Shown here: piece by piece, positions 62,930-64,000 of the stretch | Position numbering within the stretch: the stretch's first letter is position 1 | Layout: each line of letters opens with the position of its first letter | Assembly: GCF_046119375.1 (NCBI RefSeq) | Contig: NW_027362772.1 | Span: 65,906,001-65,970,000, forward strand | Source: Phyllobates terribilis | Taxonomy: Eukaryota | DNA: 64,000 nt | Direction of reading: 5' to 3' | Position numbers and translations under genes: made by a program | Notes under the pieces: generated by a model | What the model was told of the DNA's origin: nothing | What the model saw: the letters and a program-made list of their open reading frames with translations, nothing else | Databases searched by the model: none

Positions 62930-64000
62930 CCTATGTGGGGCCATTATTCTGTATGAAGGACTGTGTGGGGCCTATTATTCTGTATGGAGGACTATGTGGG
63001 GTCATTATTCTGTATGGAGAACTATGTGGGGCCCAGTATACTGTATGGAGGACTATGTGGGGCCCATTATTCTGTATGGAGGACTATGTGGGGCCCATTA
63101 TTCTGTATGGAGGGCTTTGTGGGGTCATTATTCTGTATGGAGAACTATGTGGGGCCCATTATACTGTATGGAGGACTATGTGGGGCCCATTATTCTGTAT
63201 GGAGGACTATGTGCTGCCCATTATACTGTATAGAGGACTATGTGGGGTCCATTATTCTGTATGGAGGACTATGTGGGTCCATTATTCGGTACAGAGGACT
63301 ATGTGGGGTCCATTATTCTGTATGGTGGACTATATGGCGCCCATCATACTGTATAGAAGACTATGTGGGGTCCATTATACTGTATGAAGGACTATGTGGG
63401 GCCCATTATTCTGTATGGAGGACTTTGTGGGACCTATTATTCTGTATGGAGGACTATGTGGGGCCCATTATACTGTATGGAGGACTATGTGGGGCCCATT
63501 ATACTGTATGGAGTACTATGTGGTGCCCATTATTCTGCATGGAGGACTAGGCTTGGCCAATTATTCTGTATGGAGGACTATGTGGGGTCCATTATTCTGT
63601 ATAGAGGACTATGTGGGGCTCATTATACTGTATAGAGGACTATGTGGGGTCCATTATTCTGCATGGAGGACTATGTAGGGCCCATTATACTGTATGGAGG
63701 ACTATGTGGGGCCATTATACTGTATGTAGGATTATGTGGGGCCCATTATTCTGTATGGATGACTATGTGGGGCCCATTATTCTATATGGAGGACTATGTG
63801 GGGCCCTTTATTCTGTATGGAGGACCATGTGGGGCCAATTATTCTGTATGGAGGACTATGTGGGGCCATTATTCTGTATGGAGAACCATGTGGGGCCCAT
63901 TATTCTGTATGGAGGACTATGTGACCCCCATTATTCTGTATGGAGGACCATGTGGGGCCCATTATTCTGTATGGAGGACTATGTGGGGCCCATTATACTG
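62930..64000. repeat. 31-bp minisatellite running to the window end
   Basis: TATGTGGGGCCCATTATTCTGTATGGAGGAC, more than 30 units. Confidence 0.95.

Noticed and set aside
62901-63678. Overlapping G/Y/C-rich ORFs
   Set aside because: 31-bp minisatellite translations

Overview
Vertebrate genomic DNA, most likely a frog (inferred from the repeat families, not proven); no prokaryotic features. The window holds a cluster of spliced Ig-superfamily genes of CEACAM/VSIG10-like architecture, rebuilt by hand from GT-AG phase-1 exons. Gene 1 (minus; ATG 18019; leader, Cys-less V domain, six C2 exons, then a collapsed exon giving an early stop; about 700 aa) is head-to-head with gene 2 (plus; ATG 20102; leader, V, four Ig exons, then a decayed exon giving an early stop; about 516 aa). 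Gene 3 is the 3' half of a minus-strand gene (three Ig exons plus a TM exon that stops right after KKK). The rest is nested repeats: Tc1 copies, solo LTRs with clean TSDs, TTAA-flanked MITEs and many minisatellites. The most notable signal is non-coding: a ~325-328 bp tandem unit carrying a type I hammerhead ribozyme fold and an octamer motif. It is present at three independent loci (13.5-14.3, 44.8 and 60.3-60.7 kb), one flanked by a 14-bp TSD, and resembles newt satellite 2 / non-LTR retrozymes. A separate inverted pair of minimal Penelope-type hammerhead motifs lies at 53.8 kb. Most ORFs in the supplied track are repeat-derived noise.
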